From the NCBI GenBank assembly GCA_964016885.1, contig OZ024758.1, positions 24,242,001 through 24,306,000 of the forward strand: 64,000 bases of DNA, written 5' to 3'. Under the pieces are notes generated by a model, which ran no database searches, had not been told where the DNA came from, and worked only from the letters and a program-made list of their open reading frames with translations. Shown piece after piece: positions 63,616 through 64,000 of this stretch (position 1 is its first letter; each line of letters starts with the position of its first letter). The DNA is from Eledone cirrhosa (lineage: Eukaryota). The position numbers were made by a program, and so were the translations under genes.

Positions 63616-64000
63616 TGTTGTCGGTGTTGGTACTGGTGGTGGTGTTGGTTGGTGGTGTTGGTGGTGGTACTGGTGGTGTTGTTGGTGTTGGTACTGGTGG
63701 TGGTGTTGTTGGTACTGGTGGTGGTGTTGTTGGTGTCGGTGGTGGTGTTGTTGGTGTTGGTGGTGTTGTTGGTGGTGGTGTTGGTACTGGTGGTGGTGTT
63801 GTTGGTGGTGGTGGTGGTGTTGTTGGTGTTGGTGTTGTTGGTGTCGGTGTTGGTACTGGTGGTGTTGTTGGTGTTGGTGGTGGTGTTGTTGGTGTTGGTG
63901 GTGGTGTTGTTGGTGTTGGTGGTGGTGATGGTGTCGGTGGTGGTGTTGGTGGTGGTGTTGGTGTCGGTGTTGTTGGGGTTGTTGTTGTTGGTGTTGTTGG
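63616..64000. repeat. (GGT)/(GTT) low-complexity tract
   Basis: Visible; explains the W/C-rich ORF. Confidence 0.95.

Overview
AT-rich eukaryotic DNA made almost entirely of repeats. The SINE and microsatellite content resembles an Octopus-type cephalopod genome, which is an inference from recalled repeat motifs rather than a search. I find no intact protein-coding gene: every long ORF in the track translates a micro- or minisatellite. The window holds about 45 copies or fragments of one tRNA-derived SINE and several CORE-type SINEs. It also has decayed LINE fragments (Dong/R4, RTE, CR1-group, CRE-like, L1/Tx1-like), MITEs (Tc1/mariner-pogo, hAT, piggyBac-like), non-autonomous Helitrons and many satellites, several grown out of SINE or LINE sequence. 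The main unexplained signal is a set of hammerhead-ribozyme (HHR) motifs, all folded by eye and untested. These are a U3-A8 core variant in a ~318-bp repeat (30.5 kb), a four-copy cluster with an inverted ambisense pair (42.8-43.8 kb), a divergent pair of different HHRs (45.5-45.8 kb), and half-hammerheads including a 56-bp fold-back (27.8-28.2 kb). They suggest Penelope-like or retrozyme-like elements associated with (TA)n. There are also hints of a minus-strand transcription unit: a CRE/ETS/YY1 promoter with splice donors (49.5-49.7 kb), a non-coding exon candidate (44.2 kb), and a duplicated ATG|GTGAGT first-exon module (2.1 and 17.7 kb). Coordinates were counted by hand and may be off by a few bases.
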